From positions 682,001 through 746,000 of the forward strand of contig JAPETS010000001.1 of the NCBI GenBank assembly GCA_026023565.1: a stretch of DNA of 64,000 nt, given 5' to 3'. Below the pieces are notes generated by a model. It was not told where the DNA came from, made no database searches, and saw only the letters and a list, made by a program, of their open reading frames with translations. This document shows positions 61,954-64,000 of the stretch, piece by piece. This stretch comes from Cirrosporium novae-zelandiae. Taxonomy: Eukaryota. A program made the translations under genes and the position numbers. Each line of letters starts with the position of its first letter. The stretch's first letter is position 1.

Positions 61954-63995
61954 ATGGGGGAAGCAGAAAAGATGAACTGCCCCTTCTGTTCTTTCAGTGA
62001 ACCTGATGCCTACTTTCTCGCTCAGCATGTTGAACTAACTCATCCTGAGAATGGTGAATCTCCTTTTATTGTCCGAGATGAGAGTAGCGACAGTGCCTCC
62101 CCACCGCCAAAACGGAAAGAGAAGGTCATTACCAGCAATACCAATAATGCAACTTCGGTAGAGGATCTGGATCCCGAAGACACATACATCGAATGCCCTA
62201 GACAATGTGGAGAAGTTATTATTCTTTCCGAGTTGGACAGCCATTTAGATATGCATGTAGCTGAGGAAATGGAGAGTGATGGGAGAGCGACGGCCAACGA
62301 TCAATCGAAAAGAATCAGAACCAAGTCCACTCATTCACACAAGCATGCTTACCATACGCGCTCGCCCTCAAGGAGGCAAGGAAAGAGCCGGAGTAAATGG
62401 AGAGAATTTGGGCTAAAAATCCTAGGAATACAACCCTCCAAAACTGTCCGGATTCCAAAATCACCACAGCCGCCGCCGAAAGTCGGGAATAAGAGATTAG
62501 GGGTTTGTTACCTTTTTAAGGTTATATATCTAGACATTAACTAATGTCTTATTACATACAGAGAAAAGAGCTCGGCCCCTACTGGAATGAAGATGAAATG
62601 CCTCTCTGGCTTCGACATATTCTCGAGGAGGAAGCTGAAAAGAACCTCGCAAATCATACTCGGAATCTATTACCAGTGCTCGGAGGACTCTTAGCCCGAG
62701 ATCCATCGGTCGAAGAAGCATATCTCTGCCACCAAGCTGTCAACCACGTCAAAAAGAATTTTCGCGAAGGCGGCTTCTGCGGTTATCGAAATATTCAGAT
62801 GGTCAGTTCATACGGAATCCAGACTGGTGTCCCCGGCTTTGAGCGCTTTGGTGGTAAAGTTCCGAGTATTTTTGAGTTACAAGATTATATCGAGATGGCA
62901 TGGGATATGGGGTTTAACGAGTGGGGGCGTGAGGAGACCGGGGGTATCAAAGGAACGAGGAAATATATAGGTTCCCCGGAGGTAAGCACGATCATCCATC
63001 ATTGAATGGCATACTATTTCTTACGTCCTTCTTCTAATCGATATCAGGTCATAGCCCTCTTTAGAAGTCTAGGAATAAAGTAACTATAGAAATTTCCGAA
63101 TGCGTTATCCGTCGGGCCAGGAAACTAACATCCCTTAAGATTCGACGTGAAAATATTCTCAGAGCAGCCTAACGAACCTCCCCCCTACAAGCAAGTTTAC
63201 GAATTCGTATGGAACTACTTCAAAAAAGATCGTACAGACTCACAAGAAGCTGGTACCGTCGTCGGGACATTCAAAGCACCAATCTACTTTCAGTTTAGAG
63301 GTGAGTGGGTGTTCCATTTTATATACCCTCCAACCTCCTTTTTCCAAAGTAAAATAAAATGAACTACACCTAATAATCCCCTCTGCTCACCCACCCACAG
63401 GCCACTCCATGACCATAATCGGAATCGAGCGCCACAAAAGCACCAACAAGTATAGCCTCCTCTGCTTCGACCCCATGTTCAGAACAAATCCGGCCATGCG
63501 TCGCCTCGTTCGCAAGGGCTGGGATACCCACCTTGCTACCATCCCCTTCATACTACTAGGCGCGTATCGCCGCGGTGATTCGTATCTCAGGAGGCATAAC
63601 TATTATGAACTTGTCGTGTATGTGTGCTTCTTTCTTTCTTTCTTTTTGTTCTTTTTGAAGAGAGGGGGGATGCGGAGGATGTGGAAAGAGACATATTGCT
63701 CCTTTTTGATCTCACACATGATCTATGGGGCTAGTTGGCTAGCTGGTGCATCATGGCTATGAAAATAATTCCTGATACCGATAACTGAATACTAACCTCA
63801 TGGTTTATATATACATACAGAATCAGCGACAGCCCTCCCTCTTCTCTCACCCCCCCTCCACCATCTCACCCTCCCCCTCCAATCCCCGAATCCTCAGCAT
63901 CCTCCGAATTCGAATCTGAATCTGAATCCGAATCCGAGTCCGAGTCCGAGTCCGAGTCCAAGTCTGAGTTTGAGTCAAGAATGGTCATACGATAA
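61954..63995 (+). CDS. ZUFSP/Mug105-like deubiquitinase (peptidase C78) with two N-terminal zinc fingers
   Basis: CPFC...H..H and CPRQC...HLDMH fingers; catalytic GGFCGYRNIQM, GIKGTRKYIGSPE, GHSMTIIG and LLCFDP. Last exon 63821-63995 ends in an (ES)n tract and TAA. Confidence 0.88.
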
Positions 63996-64000
63996 TAGGT

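Overview
Gene-dense, intron-containing eukaryotic DNA from a filamentous ascomycete (Pezizomycotina-type GT..CTRAY..AG introns). I can reconstruct about 21 protein-coding genes, mostly housekeeping: STE3 pheromone receptor, RIM1, a DUF4203-like membrane protein, an LDAH-like hydrolase, DCP1, an OCRL-like inositol 5-phosphatase, HUS1, ADA2, YPK1, PGI1, SWI5/SAE3, an MDR1-type ABCB transporter, RPL39, SKP1, SMP3, RAD23, TIF6 and a ZUFSP/Mug105 peptidase, plus three uncharacterised genes and two intron-containing tRNAs (Lys-CTT, Ile-AAT). Four observations stand out. (1) A secreted, probably GPI-anchored protein aligns by eye with 2/2 truncated haemoglobins, including the proximal His. (2) A spliced, stop-free 118-codon frame runs in-frame into SKP1. 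(3) A 256-bp MITE-like element has 32-bp TIRs and a 5-bp TSD. (4) Five TATTGAC sites, candidate MAT1-1-1 sites, cluster upstream of STE3. All family assignments and exon boundaries were read by eye; no searches were run.
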